Source: Zootoca vivipara
Lineage: Eukaryota
Direction of reading: 5' to 3'
NCBI RefSeq assembly: GCF_963506605.1
Contig: NC_083277.1
Location: 117,676,001-117,740,000, forward strand
Length of the DNA stretch: 64,000 nt
Shown here piece after piece: positions 11,878 to 25,189 of this stretch (position 1 is the first letter of the stretch; each line of letters starts with the position of its first letter). The translations under genes were made by a program, and so were the position numbers. The notes below the pieces were generated by a model, which saw only the letters and a list, made by a program, of their open reading frames with translations, was not told where the DNA came from and did not search any database.

Positions 11878-14758
11878 CTCTACAAAGATCAGCGCTCCGT
11901 TGGAAAGTCCACTATTTGAAGTGTTGTCTGGTCCAAGACTTTGAAATTGCCCATCAATGGTCAGCACCTGGATAGTAGATCGAGCAGACAGATGGGTCTC
12001 CTGGTCAGAGCCTCCCTACTATTTTATTGTGTTTCAGTTCAAATTACTGTACGTACTTATTATAGCTCTCACCTTGCAGGCGTGCAAATAAAGCAGTACA
12101 TACTATACATATCTTACGCAAAGCTATGTAAAATGTATACTTTTGGCAATGCATAAGTAGCCACTCTAATAACGTGTGGAATGGTTCTAAGATACTGGAA
12201 TGAGGCCTGGAATCATAGAATTGTAGAGAGACTCTGAGGGTCATCTAGTCCAAACCACCTGTAATACCGGGAAAGAGGCTGTCTTGCCAGCTGTGTGTTT
12301 TTGAATGAATGAAGCTGCCTTAAACCAAGTTCCATTGCAGCCCAGGACTGTCTCATTTGAGCAGCAGTGGCTCTGTGCAGTGGGCAATCCCAGGTCTGCT
12401 ACCCAAGATCCTTTAGCTGGCGATACCAGAGATTGAGTCTGCGCCTGAGGTATACAAAGCACACATCCCATCACTGACCAATGGCCCCTTCCCTTTGGAG
12501 GGCCACTATTAAGAGTAAGCAAATGAGTGTGCCCAAAAGTTATAGGGGGCATCTTGGCTCCATCACAGACTAAAGGCGATCTCAGAGCAGCCCCACTGAA
12601 ATCAATGGACTTGAGTTCCTTTATTTCAGCAGGTGAATTCTATGTATGACTAAAGTTTTATGTGCAAGCATAAGAAAATAGTTTGTGGGGGGCTGCTTTG
12701 GTGCACGGGGAAAGCATTAAGCGCGTGCACACTGCTTCTCCACTCAGAATCATCCCCTCCCCAAGCTGGTTTTCGTTTAAAGCAACAACAATAAACACTG
12801 CCCAGGCTCCACTGCACAATTCTGCACATCATGTGTAGGGTTAGCCCCTTAAAAAACAGGCCCACACAAAATCTGCCTGTGTTTAGTTGTGGCAACAAAG
12901 TTTTTTCTTTCATAAATCACCGGCAAGCAAAAGCTGGCCTTTGGGATTTCCAGGGAAACGGAAAGCATATCTTTTCTCCAGTGCAGATGTTATGCTGTGA
13001 AGCAAAGGCTTCCTGGCTATTTCCTCCGGTCTAAACTTCCTAAGCTACCTCCTGCTTGCTCCTCATACCTCTTTGCCATCAAATCCAGGTTTTGCAGTTT
13101 GTTCAAAATGATAAGCATGGGGGCATCAATTTAGTTAAAACACAGAATGTCATCTCTTATGATGCAGAGTCTATGGACCCCTCCAGGTGTGGATAAATTT
13201 GGGGGAAATGGAAGGCGTGATTCACAGAGAAGCCACACGCCTCCCTCTGGCAAGTGCATCCCCCATAAACAGGAAACACATAGACAAGATGCTTAGGGCC
13301 AATGGGTGCCCTTTGGCCTTCAAACATACTACTTCTTCTTCTTTGATCACTCGTAGCCGAGTAATATCGGCTTCCATGAAAATGGTCTTAACAGTGAGTC
13401 TGTAGGATTGAATTGGGCGGAATTCAAACATACTAATGCAGATACAGCCTTAGGGAGGGAGGAAAGGATCAGTCAATTTTGATTTCTCCCAGTTTCTCAT
13501 TTCTGCATCAGTTTACAATTAAGTCCTCCCCAAAATCTGCCAACATTTTAGCAGGCTTTCCCCCCCCCTTAATACATACATTTTTGTATGCAAGTTTCCC
13601 TAAAACACACATTTCATGTAACAGTATTGCATGTTTGTATGTTATTTCCACATAGATGCAGTTTATATATGCAGTTTCCCCTAATACACACATTTTTGTG
13701 CACTTCCTTTGGTTGGCAAACTACACCGCAATGTTCAGAGAAGTGCAAATTTAAAAAGAAAGCTGCATTTCAGATTACATATTAAAATATGAAAATTTAA
13801 TTAAATTTCTCCTCCATAGCCCTAGCTTCCAACATGAATTAATCCACTTATTTGGAGCCTCTTTTTAAAAACCTCATCTCCAAAATTTGCCATGATTGGC
13901 TACTTCACAGGTTAGCCAGGGGTTGTCATGTGGTGCCCTCCAGATTTTGCTGGACTCCAGCTGCCACCAGCTCCATCCAGCATGGTCAATGGTCAGGGAT
14001 GATGGGAGTTGTAGTCCAGGAACATTTGGAGGGCACCATGTTAACTACGCCCTGTGGTAAGCTATGCAGTCATTGGATGATTCTTCCACTATATTCCTAC
14101 TCCACCCATCCCTCTTAACGCACATCATGGGATAATTGTCAGCTTACCGTAATCACACCGCCTTGTGGTGTCCGCCCTCCGAGCCACCCCCTGCAACCTA
14201 CAAAATGCAGTCATTCTGTTTTAACGTGGTGCAAAGTTGTGTGTGGTGGAAGAATTGAATGCTAGCATCGACGGGTAACTAAGCCTGGGTATCAACACAC
14301 CATGGGCTCTGCAAGAGGGTAATTATCAGTGATGGCATCTGTGCGGTGAGTGTGATCATCAAAAGTGATGGATTAAAGGACAAACGTAAGCCCCATGCAA
14401 AATCATTATTTGCATCTGTTCTGGTCTTGATTCGTCTCTTCCTGGCTATATTCCCAAAAGTTCACAGGTGGGGCTGCAAAATAGCTTCCCCCAGTCCTGC
14501 TACCTTCATACCACAATACAGATATATTGAATATATAGAATGTGCACATGGTTCTCCAGTGGTCTCCCATTCAAGCCCTGACAAGGCCCAAACCACCTTA
14601 GCTTGAGTAAGGTTGACACATCATGTGTCACATGCGTTAATTTGCTGCTGTTGAACTCCAGATGCACCATAAACAATACCATCTCAAATAATGACTTTGC
14701 TACAGGGCCCACTGTTGCCATGGCCTTGCGCAGTCATTCTCCTCTAAGGTTCCTAGTA

Positions 14759-15539
14759 CAGTGGTACCTCGGTTTAAGAACAGTCCGGTTTAAGAACGAT
14801 TTGGTTTACAAACTCCACACTTTCTTGGGCTCCTTGATCACTGCAGATGGTGACAGCAGTCACGAAATTAAAAGACGCCTGCTTCTTGGGAGAAAAGCAA
14901 TGTCAAACCTAGACAGCATCTTAAAAAGCAGAGACATCACCTTGCCTACAAGGGTCCGTATAGTTAAAGCTGTGGTTTTCCCAGTAGTGATGTATGGAAG
15001 TGAGAGCTGGACCATAAAGAAGGCTGATCGCCGAAGAATTGATGCTTTTGAATTATGGTGCTGGAGGAGACCCTTGAGAGTCCCATGGACTGCAAGAAGA
15101 TCAAACCTATCCATTCTTAAGGAAATCAGCCCTGAGTGTTCACTGGAAGGACAGATCCTGAAGCTGAGGCTCCAATACTTTGGCCACCTCATGAGAAGAG
15201 AAGAATCCTTGGAAAAGACCTTGATGTTGGGAAAGATGGAGGGCACTAGGAGAAGGGGACGACAGAGGACGAGATGGTTGGACAGTGTTCTCAAAGCTAC
15301 GAACATGAGTTTGACCAAACTGCGGGAGGCAGTGGAAGACAGGAGTGCCTGGCGTGCTGTGGTCCATGGGGTCACGAAGAGTCGGACACGACTAAACAAC
15401 AACAACAAAGAACGGAATCCGAACAGTGGAAGGGCACCAGCGGCGGGAGGCCTCATTAAGGAAAGCGCGCCTCAGTTTTTGGTTTTGGTTTAATAATGGA
15501 TTCCGGAAGAGATTAAGTTCGTAAACTGACGTACCACTG
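14759..15539. mobile_element. Tigger-like MITE interrupted by BovB
   Basis: TA-CAGTGGTACCTCGG left end and GTACCACTG-TA right end flank the BovB insert. Confidence 0.75.
14817..15410 (+). mobile_element. RTE-BovB LINE, 5'-truncated
   Basis: encodes FLGSLITADGDSSHEIKRRLLLGRKAM...IDAFELWCWRR...HGVTKSRTRL; (CAA)n tail. Confidence 0.92.
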
Positions 15540-15541
15540 TA

Positions 15542-15824
15542 CAGTGGTGCCTCGCTTAACGAATGCCCTGCTTAACGAAATTTCCACTTAACGAAAGGAT
15601 TTTTCGAGCGGAGCTTGCCTCGCTAGACGAATGCGTTTTACGAAAAATTCGTCTAGCGAATCGCGGTTTCCCATAGGAATGCATTGAAATTCAATTAATG
15701 TGTTCCTATGGGCAAAAAAAATTTAAAAAAATTCAATGCATTCCTATGGGATTCGCTAGACGAATTTTTCGCTATAAGAAAAGACCCGTGGAACAAATTA
15801 ATTTCGTCTAGCGAGGCACCACTG
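15542..15824. mobile_element. Tc1/mariner-pogo MITE
   Basis: TIRs and TA TSD; ~same sequence as 9392-9676. Confidence 0.9.
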
Positions 15825-16989
15825 TACTTAAATTGTCTCGTTGAGCTCTACCTTTAGCAGCAGCTTCATCTGCAACAACTGAACCTATGAAACAGCCTTA
15901 TATTGCATCAGAAACAGGAGAAGCCGGCTTGGTCCATCCATCTTGCTCAGCATCCTCTAAACCAGGGCAGCCCAACTTTCCATACCAAGCGGGCCACAAG
16001 AGTACTTTGACATGGAACCTGTGGGCTGCACACTAACTTGTCGCATGCAGGGGGAAGCAAAGCCAAAATTTGATGCCCCCTCCCCGACATTGCCTTCCAA
16101 AAGCCAGCTAAGGAAGGCTCTGGGTTTTTGGAAGGAGGCACGAGGCCCTGGCAGGGTGCTAGAGCCCCCCAACCTCCTTTCCAAAGCTGGGAAAGTGCTA
16201 ACTGGGCTTCGGAAAGGAGGTGGGAGAACTCAAGGACCCTGTAAGAGCCCCCACGCTTCCTTCCTGAAGTCCAGCAACCATTAGCCAGTGCAGCTGGAAC
16301 AGGATTGGTATTGCGGTCTCAAACTGTCTTGGATTTTGATGTTTGGTGGCATCAGAAGTATTTCGATTTTCTTTGATACTAAGTTTCTAGTCCTGCAGCT
16401 TCAAAACATGACACAAACAATGTCTGGTGTAACGTAAGGGCCAGGAAGTGGAGTTTCAGGATCAGTTCTGCTCACAACCCACCCACCCACCCCTCTCAGC
16501 TATGGGCGTCCTACAAATGCCTGGGACTTGTTGTGTAGATGTGGGTATTATGACACAGAATTCTATGTCCCGTTAATGTCAGCTTTCCTTTTTGAAAAAA
16601 AGAAGAAGCAAGCTTCTATTCCTCAAGACTGCAAAAAAATAGGCTGGAATGTGCCTGGTGAAATCTAAGGAGCCATGGAAAGAACTAAGTGGGCTTTCAT
16701 ATTCCTTATCCCTTCCTTTAGCCAGTGGAAGCAAAGAAAAAGAGTTATAAAATAGGCAAACATATGCAAACTTGCATGACTGACAGAGGTTCTTGATGCA
16801 GAACTCTTCCTTTTTTTTAGCAGCCCAGAACATACACAGTCCTGCCATAGGCTGTTACTTATTGGCCAAAATATATGGTGTCTGAGGGCTGAATCTCCAT
16901 AACCCTCTATTTTCCCAGTAATTGGGAAATAAAAGCACCTCCTTCAAAATCCATCTAGGAAACAGAATATATAGTTACGGGGAATGAGG

Positions 16990-17220
16990 TAGAAGGTCTT
17001 CTTGGTAGTGACGCCCGCCCTGCGGAACACCCTCCCATCAGAAGTCAAGGAAATAAACAACTATTTAACTTTTAGAAGACATCTGAAGACAGCCCTGTAT
17101 CGGGACGTTTTTAATGTTTGATGTTTTATTGTGTTTTTAATATTCTGTTGGTAGCTGCCCAGAGTGGCTGGGGCAACCCAGTCAGATGGGAGGCATCTAA
17201 ATGCTGTTGTTGTTGTTGTT
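16990..17220 (+). mobile_element. L2 LINE 3' end fragment
   Basis: similar to the 3' ends at 24.3 kb and 53.2-53.6 kb; short simple-repeat tail. Confidence 0.65.
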
Positions 17221-17354
17221 AGGCCTGCAGATACACTGTATTTGCATAATTTCTCATATGAGTGTTTAGAAAGCATGGACTGCCTCTTAAAATGACATTT
17301 TAACTAAGGTATCTGATTAGGACAATGGGAATAGTATCTAATTCTATATACCTA

Positions 17355-17639
17355 CAGTGGTACCTCGCAAGACGAATGCCCTGCAAGACGAATTTTTCGC
17401 AAGACGAATGCGTCTTGCGATCTGATGGTGACTCGCAAGACGAATTTGTTTTGTGAAAAATTCATCTTGCGAATCACAGTTTCCCATAGGAATGCATTGA
17501 AATTTAATTAATGCGCTCCTATTGGCAAAAAAAGAAATTTCAATACATTCCTATGGGAAACCGCGATTCGCAAGATGAATTTTTCGCAAAACGAATTGAC
17601 TCGCGGAAGGAATTAAATTCGTCTTGTGAGGCACCACTG
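17355..17639. mobile_element. Tc1/mariner-pogo MITE
   Basis: TIRs and TA TSD; copy of 5479-5763. Confidence 0.9.
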
Positions 17640-17671
17640 TAATTGAATCTTAGATGGTGTATGGGTTAAAG

Positions 17672-19254
17672 CAGGGGTGTCAAACTCAAATTCATCGGGG
17701 GCCGCATCAGCAGTTTGGTCACCCTCAAAGGGCCGGTTGTATCTGTAGGACTATGTGTCCACTCTTTATTATCATAAATTATTGTCACTGCATTCAATTA
17801 TTACTGTTTTTTGTAATAATGTAAGTAATAACTAGCTCTGAAAGCAGAAACATAGTCAGAATAATGGCAAGTAGATATTCAAATGTACAATTATTGTACA
17901 ATTTATTGAAAAATGATTTTTGGTAACTGCACTGGGTGGTGGAGGCTCGCTAGGGTTTCATGCAGGACCTTTGCAGAGCTACTAGTATCTGGAGATTCTG
18001 GGGTCCTTCTGCATGCAGGACAGATGTTCTGCCAGTGAGCCACCACCCTTCACCAAAGGGACTGGCTGAGGTTGACTCACTGGAGCTGCTCTCCTGGTTC
18101 CAGGGTTTAAGGGCCAGAAGTATAAAGCAGCATCCTATGTTTCTGAGGAGAGGGAGAGGGAGGGGAGGGGAGGGAGGGAGGAAGGAAGGAAAGAGGGGAG
18201 AGAAAGAAGAGTAGGAAATAAGGAAGGGAATAAAGAAGGAAAGAAAAAGAAAGAGGGAGAGAAGACGGAAAGGGAGAAATAAGGAAGGAAGTAGAGGGAA
18301 AGAAAGAATAAGAATGAGGGAGAGGAAGAAAGATGGGAAGGACATAAGGAAGAAAGGAAGGAAGTAAGGAAGAAAGAAAGAAAAGAGGGAGCAGGAGGGA
18401 GAGGGGAAGGAAAGAGGTGAGAGAAAGAAGAGTAGGAAAGAAGGAATAAAGAAGGAAAGAAAAAGAAAGAGGGAGAGAAGACAGAGATAAAGAAGGAAGG
18501 AAGGAGAGGGAAAGAAAGAAAAAGAACGAGAGAGAGGAAGAAAGAAAGGGAGGGGGGGTCGCCGCCTTGATTCAGCGCCAGAAAAGAGCGCGAAGGGACC
18601 CAGGGGCAAAAAGCATTTCCCGTGCAGCGTGAGGCAGTGGGTGTCTGATTTAGGAGAAGTGCGTAAAGCCTCAGAGTTGCACGTTCATGAGGCTGAGCCG
18701 CTGCTGAGCTCACGTTCATGAGGCTGAGCCGCGGCAGGAGGAGGAGGAAGTGAGGCAAGAGGAGGAGAAGGCGGCGGCTTGCCGGGTCGGTGCCCGGCAG
18801 CGCCGCACGGAGAGTCCCGAGCCTCTGGGACGCAGCAGTGCTCTGTAGCACTTTGAATCCTCCTCCACGCAGCGCTGCTGGGTGCTTTGTCTGTGCTTCA
18901 GTAGCAGCAGCAGCAGCCGTTTCCAGGCGCTGAGCCGTGGCAGGAGGAGGAGGATTCAAAGTGCTACAGAGCACTGCTGCGTCGCAGAGGCTCGGGACTC
19001 TCCGTGCGGCGCTGCCGGGTGCTGACCCAGCAAGCTGCCTCCTTCTTCTCCTGCTGTGGCTCGGGGCGCTCCATGCAGCGCTGCTCCGGCCGCCTTTCTA
19101 CCCCCCCGGCCCCAGCTGTTTGTTGGCGCTTTGTCGGTGCGGCGCTTCAGCAGCAAGGTCCTGCTGGGTCCTGCTGGCTGGGGGGCTCGGCGGGCCACAT
19201 GACGAGGTCTGGTGGGCCGGATTTGGCCCCCGGGCCTTGTGTTTGACACCCGTG
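17672..19254. mobile_element. 1.6-kb non-autonomous hAT element
   Basis: TIR CAGGGGTGTCAAAC/GTTTGACACCCGTG; perfect TSD GGTTAAAG at 17664-17671 and 19255-19262. Confidence 0.88.
18146..18558 (+). repeat. polypurine (GA-rich) low-complexity tract
   Basis: ~410 bp almost entirely A/G with internal repeated blocks. Confidence 0.95.
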
Positions 19255-21884
19255 GGTTAAAGAAATGAAAGGCCAGCTATATTGTGGTTCCAAATAAGAG
19301 TTCCCATGTCTTTTTATTCCACTTTTTTTTTTTTTGCAAAGCATTTGCGCCATTAAACAGCTGCATGGCAAGCATTATTTATGTGTTTTATTTATTCAAT
19401 GCTTTCCACAAGACATATCCAAGCAACTTACAAAAATAAAATTCGAATACACAATACAAAAAAGATTTCTAAAAGCCAGTATAAAAGTCTAAGGTGAACA
19501 AACTCTTAAATCCCCCTTCCGCCCCCCCACAAGTGCTTGACCACCAAAGAATCACCCAGGAAAAGTACCATCAACTGCTGCAGAAAGATATAAAAAATCT
19601 ACCGATTTTTATCACCACACCTTCAAACACTAGGGATACCTGTTGGATGTATGTCTGCTGAAGCTACAGTAGCCTTGCCAGAAACAAGTGACAATGCTAA
19701 AAGACAACCTGGGAATGGGAGTCAGGATATTACTCTACACTCCCCTAAGCCCTAAAACCCAGCACTGGGAGGAGGCAATGCAAACTCACAATTTATTACA
19801 AGGCAAAATGGGGCAAGTATATATATATAATTCCACAAACTCATACTGTATCCTCCAATGCAAGTATTTCCAGCATGGCCAACAACTAACAGAGAATAGA
19901 AACATGACAGCGGTTGTACTTTTCAAATAGTGTTCAGAAAAGAACAAGCAACAATTAGGCTGTACTGCTTTTTAAACATCAGGGTTCTCCCCCCCCCCAT
20001 TGTTCGAAACATTTTCGCCAAAGATCCAAACAGAGGAGCCAAAGCATTGCAAGCCTGGAATTGGTTGCAGCTGCTTTCTAATTATTCCTCAATTGCTATT
20101 TTTTCAAGCCTTAATTACACCCTCGCAACATGTTGGTGGCAGATTGAAGCATTCAATGGCGGGGACGCCCGAGGGGGCCTTCATTTGTAAAAGCTGCAGC
20201 CAAGCTTCTTAGCTCCCATCCTCCCACACTGGAACTCACAGGATCCCCTCCCTCAAGCCCCTGATTTAGATACGGGATTCTTGCCCTGCTTCGCACCCCA
20301 TTTCTTGCCCGTGACCAGCTTCATCCTAAGCCTAGGCAGCCATTTTGCCTGCTCCAGGATAGGCTGTGGTTGCTAAGCAACCACAAGGTACCGTCTCCCC
20401 AGCATCCTCCAGGCAAGGTATCTGCATGGCTAAAGCCGAGTGCCAGTAAACCCACCTTCCCACTTCAGCCTAAAACCCACAGCGCTGACCTCTAAGAGGC
20501 AGGGCTCCCTGGCTCGTCCCCCAGCCCCTTACCCTAGCAAAGGCTCCCATCTTTTGTGGAATAAAGTTTCCGAAACTAAGCCCTCCCCCTCAATGAGATG
20601 CTGTTTCCAGGGAAGTGATGCAATGTGACTGCAATCTGTAATGAGGCCTGAGCTTTTGGGTCTCCATTGAGACTTGGCAACCCCTCCAACTGGGCAGCTC
20701 TTCCAAACCGGTCCCCTCGTTGGACGACTCCGCTTGCTTTGCGGGGAGTCTATCTGGGTTGCTTGGGAGGCTGCGGTCTGCTATTCCCCCTCAACGTCAG
20801 TTTCCGTTCCCCCTCTGAATAGGAAGGAATTCAAGTCCCCCTGCCAGAATAAAGCCTTGGGTGTTTCTTCCAGATGGGACGCTGCGAAGATGTACGAGCT
20901 TCTCTCTCCTGCTGGAAGAATGCCGAGAGGAAACCGATAGCTATTTCCACCCTTTTTTCTACCCAATGTTGTACGGAATTAACTGCATGGGGAGGGATGC
21001 CATATGCTTCTATTACGCCATCCCGTTAGTAATTGTGTCTATGGCTGTGTGGGAAATTCAGTCCCCTGCCAGAGACAGCTCCCTTTGAAATCCCAAACCG
21101 GAAGTCCAAATTCTGAAACACAACCCAGCCAGGCAGCTGGATTCCATTGAATAAGGTTTCTCCTTGGGTTCTTTTCCTTTAATAATAATATTTTTTTATA
21201 TTTTTTAAAATAAAGCTGAGAGAGAGGAAGCAGGAGAACAGAGACTGATCTTGCATACTGTGCTGTAAGTTTTGAGTGTTAACATTTAAAAAACAATGGA
21301 TCAAAACGAGTACGGTAATAATGGCTTTTCCCTGGTCTAGGTATATGGTGGGTTGCAGCCTCTATTTTGCATGGGTCTTTTTGCTCCTCTGTGGAAAAGA
21401 CAGGCCACTGTTTTAGCTTTTATAGTTGCTAAAATGCACTTTACAAACTATAGCTACTCAAAGGCTGAATCTAATGTGTAGAGAAGTATCAGTCACCTCA
21501 TTCCATTTTAATTTGAGGCTTTGGAGATTTCAACTCTGCATAAATGTGATCTGGCATTTGCTCATAATTCCACACACACACCCTTTCAAAGGAGACACAC
21601 ACACACACACACACAAAATGTTCTTGCACCCAGGGTCAGCCAAGGGGTTTTTGTGCTTGAGGGGTTAAAGCCAAATGGCACTCCACATCCTTCACTGACT
21701 TCCGGAGAATACAATTCCTGGGGAAATTCTGTATGAGCCTTGCTAAAATGCAGCACCTGTTCTTTTAAAAGGGGCCTGTAAAGATCTTCCCAAAGGATTG
21801 TAGCCCATGGGTCAGATTTGTCTGTCTTTTAGCAAGCCATCTCACCTTGCCCCAGGACAAGGACCCCCCCTTCAAAGTTCTGTA

Positions 21885-22221
21885 CAGTGGTACCTCGGTT
21901 TATGAACACAATTGGTTCCGGAAGTCTGTTCATAAACTGAAGCGTTCATAAACTGAAGCGAACTTTCCCATTGAAAGTAATGGAAAGTGGATTAATCCGT
22001 TCCAGACGGGTCCACGGAGTACTCAACCTGAAGCGTACTTAACCCAAAGCATGGGTGTAATTGGTTCCGGAAGTCTGTTCATAAACTGAAGCATTCATAA
22101 ACTGAAGCGAACTTTCCCATTGAAAGTAATGGAAAGTGAATTAATCCGTTCCAGATGGGTCTGTGGCGTTCGTAAACCGAAAATTCATAAACCGAGGTGT
22201 TCATAAACCGAGGTTCCACTG
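21885..22221. mobile_element. Tigger-like MITE with internal tandem duplication
   Basis: TA-CAGTGGTACCTCGGTTTATGAA...TTCATAAACCGAGGTTCCACTG-TA; ~100-bp block duplicated inside. Confidence 0.88.
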
Positions 22222-24063
22222 TATTGGGACTATTGCTTTTTTTGTTTCCTTCCAAAATGTCCCCGAGTTAGGGTCATCTTTGCTGACATTACCAAATCAT
22301 TTATGGTGGGGAAAATTAAAAGGGATGACAAAGCGATCCAAAAGGTTCACACTAAACTGAATGAATCGGTAATAAAATGCCAAATGTGGCTTAAGGCGAG
22401 TACAATATATGTATAAAATAAAGTGATGCCCACAGATACAATCATAGGACCTGAACTGACGGAATGACTTTGAAAGGTATATTGGAGGTCAACCCAATGT
22501 AAAGCTGCTTGGGGGTGGGGAGCAAATCCCATGCTTTGAATCTACAGTCTCACCACAGTTGGAATAGGTATAGTTTTGATTGCCACATCTTTTTTGGGGG
22601 GGGGGAGAGAAATATTGTAGAGCTGCATAGGGGGCCACAGCAACAGTCTGAGAGGAAAGGTTTGGAGCTATGGGGACAGTGGACAGAGGGAATATTTCTC
22701 CCTGGCACCCAATGAAACTGAATAGTGGGACATTTAGGACAGACGAAAGGAAGTACTTTTCCACACAACTAAAGTATTAAAAATCTCTTATCTATTGAAC
22801 ATCTATATATCTATAACTCAGTTTTGAGAGGCGTGTTTAAAGCTTTGTGAACTAAAACTGTTTTAAAGTGTTTGCAGGCCACACTGGGTAAAGAAATTTC
22901 ACCGGTCCAGCAAAATACACTCCCGGCCCCCACAAATGTCACAGCTTGTTGACTGACATTTCAAAAGATGGCTTTCCCAGCCCATTTCAAAGGGCAGGAG
23001 AGCTTGTGCGAGGAAGGTTTTCTCCCAAAGGAAGGGTGGGCCCAAGCCTTTCACGACTCTATAAAGGTCAGTTCCAGAATCTTAAAACTGTACTCAAGAA
23101 ACTAAATGGCAGACAATGCAATTCACAAACGATATTTTGATAACCCTCCCAGTGATGTGGCGCTTTAAATTGGCTTATAATGAAGGAATCTGCAACTGGA
23201 AGGCCAATTCAGGCTTCATAATGGGTACCAGCTGGACCCTTCAGCTGCCCATGGGAGGCAGGCGAAATGGGTGGGGAGACTGGTGGTGGTTGTACAAGGC
23301 AGCCAGCTGGCAATCCACTTTAAAATATGGCTGGGGAGATGTTGCTGGACTTCCAGGTGGTGTTGGACTACCTCTCCCATCATTCTCAACCATTGGCTAT
23401 GCTGGCTAGGGCTGATGGGAGCTGAAGTGCAGCCATGACTGGAGGGCCCACAGCTTCCACATCCTTTTTAAGGAACTGAAAGAGCGGGTTGACTCCCCAG
23501 TCCTTATTCCCACCTCCAAAGCCATCCAATCCAAATATTGGCCAGGTCTCTCAACACAGAATAATTCAAAATACAATTTAAAAATCTGGTTTTTAATTCG
23601 CAATTTGACCTCAACATTCAAGATGTGATTCTCAGGTTGTTTTCAACAGAATGTTTCCCAGTTGGTTAAATGCATGGGTGAAATCACATGGAAGCCACAC
23701 GTAGATTTTCAAGCATTTTCAACAATCCCTTGGGAATCTTCCGTTCTATTCTTTTAACTTGCATCACCACCAATCACAAGTTATGCTTCTCTCAAACATT
23801 ACAGCACCTCAACCTGCTAGTGCAACCTGCCGGTCTACCCAAGATGATGTCACAGGTTGCCCTGTGTGGCCTGACTTACACATAGCTGTTGACAGTCTGT
23901 CAAGTCAAGTGTGTAACGTTGGGCATTATCTTCCTACCTCTCTCACCACAGTTTCCTCCCCCACCTCTTCGGTCAACACTGAAATCAGGTAGACATATAA
24001 TTGATATTCAGTGCTTGGAAGGAGGAGGGCAACAAAGGACGTAGACATGTCTGGAGCTACCAT

Positions 24064-24278
24064 TAGGGTTGCCAGACTCAATAGAGGACAGGACTTCTGT
24101 GCCTTTAATTGCCCTGCTCTCTTTTGAGTCTGGAAACCTTAAAGAGAAACCAGCAGACCCTTTGCTTGGGAATTAAACAAAGGGCCTGCTAGTTTCTCTT
24201 TAAGGGTTCCAGACTCAAAAGAGAGCAGGGCAATTAAAAGCACAGAAGTCCTGTCCTCTATAGAGTCTGGCAACCCCA
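24064..24278. mobile_element. fully palindromic hAT MITE
   Basis: TAGGGTTGCCAGACTC...GAGTCTGGCAACCCCA; ~100-bp arms; TSD GCTACCAT/GGTACCAT. Confidence 0.9.
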
Positions 24279-24321
24279 GGTACCATATCCCCTCCTGTCC
24301 TGAAGCCCTCCCTGGGCTACA

Positions 24322-24620
24322 TAATAATAATAATAATACAAAACATTAAAATACAGAAATCAAACATTAAAAGCTTCCCTAAACAGGGCTGCCTTGAGAT
24401 GCCTTCTAAAGGTCTGGTAATTGTTGTTCTCTTTGACCTCTGGTGGGAGGGCGTTCCACAGGGTGGGTGCCACTACCGAGAAGGCCCTCTGCCTGGTTCC
24501 CTGTAACTTGGCTTCTCGTAGCGAGGGAACCGTCAGAAGACCCTCGGCACTGGATCTCAGTGTCCGGGCAGAATGATGGGGGTGGAGACGCTCCTTCAGG
24601 TATACTGGACCGAGGCCCAG
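24322..24620 (-). mobile_element. L2 LINE 3' fragment
   Basis: ORF 24360-24626 nearly identical to the C-terminus of L2 ORF 53618-54610; (TTA)n tail. Confidence 0.85.
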
Positions 24621-25189
24621 TATCATGATCTAGCACAGCATTGTGCACATGGGGGAGGGGGGTTGTTTCTGTTTTCCATCTCCACCTATACTGCAGGGAC
24701 AAGGTAGCACATCTGGGATGGCATGGCAGTCAACCACATTTTTACTCAGAACAAACCAAATGACATTATGAGCATGACTAAGTTAGGTCCATTAATTCCA
24801 GTGGGTCTACTAGGAGTAAAACTTAGTTACCCCATGGTCCTTCTGTCCCTCATCTAGGGCAGGTTACTACCACCATATACTTCACTTGAGTAGAGTGGAG
24901 CGTACAACCATTTGCCTACATTATAGAGAAGAGGCACCACGTTATGGAGGTGCAGGGAATATTACAGAACCTCTGTGGAAGCGCACAGGAGAGCAGATGT
25001 GATCACTGCTTTTCCAGAACTCCAAAGTTCTGACCCGTTGATAGCAGCAATAAGAACTGGGGGACTGGATGCAGTGACTATACCAGGACTGGTGCGCCAA
25101 ACCTGGAATGGACAGTGGACCAACTACATTGCACCTAGATTGGAGAGTGGATCCATCCGATTCATCACTAGCTGTTTCACACTGTAGCG

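Noticed and set aside
14603-15493. 296-aa ORF as a host gene
   Set aside because: Chimeric read-through of flank, MITE and the BovB 3' end
17950-18974. Phe/Leu/Ser-rich ORFs that look like membrane proteins
   Set aside because: Antisense translation of the GA-rich tract inside a hAT element
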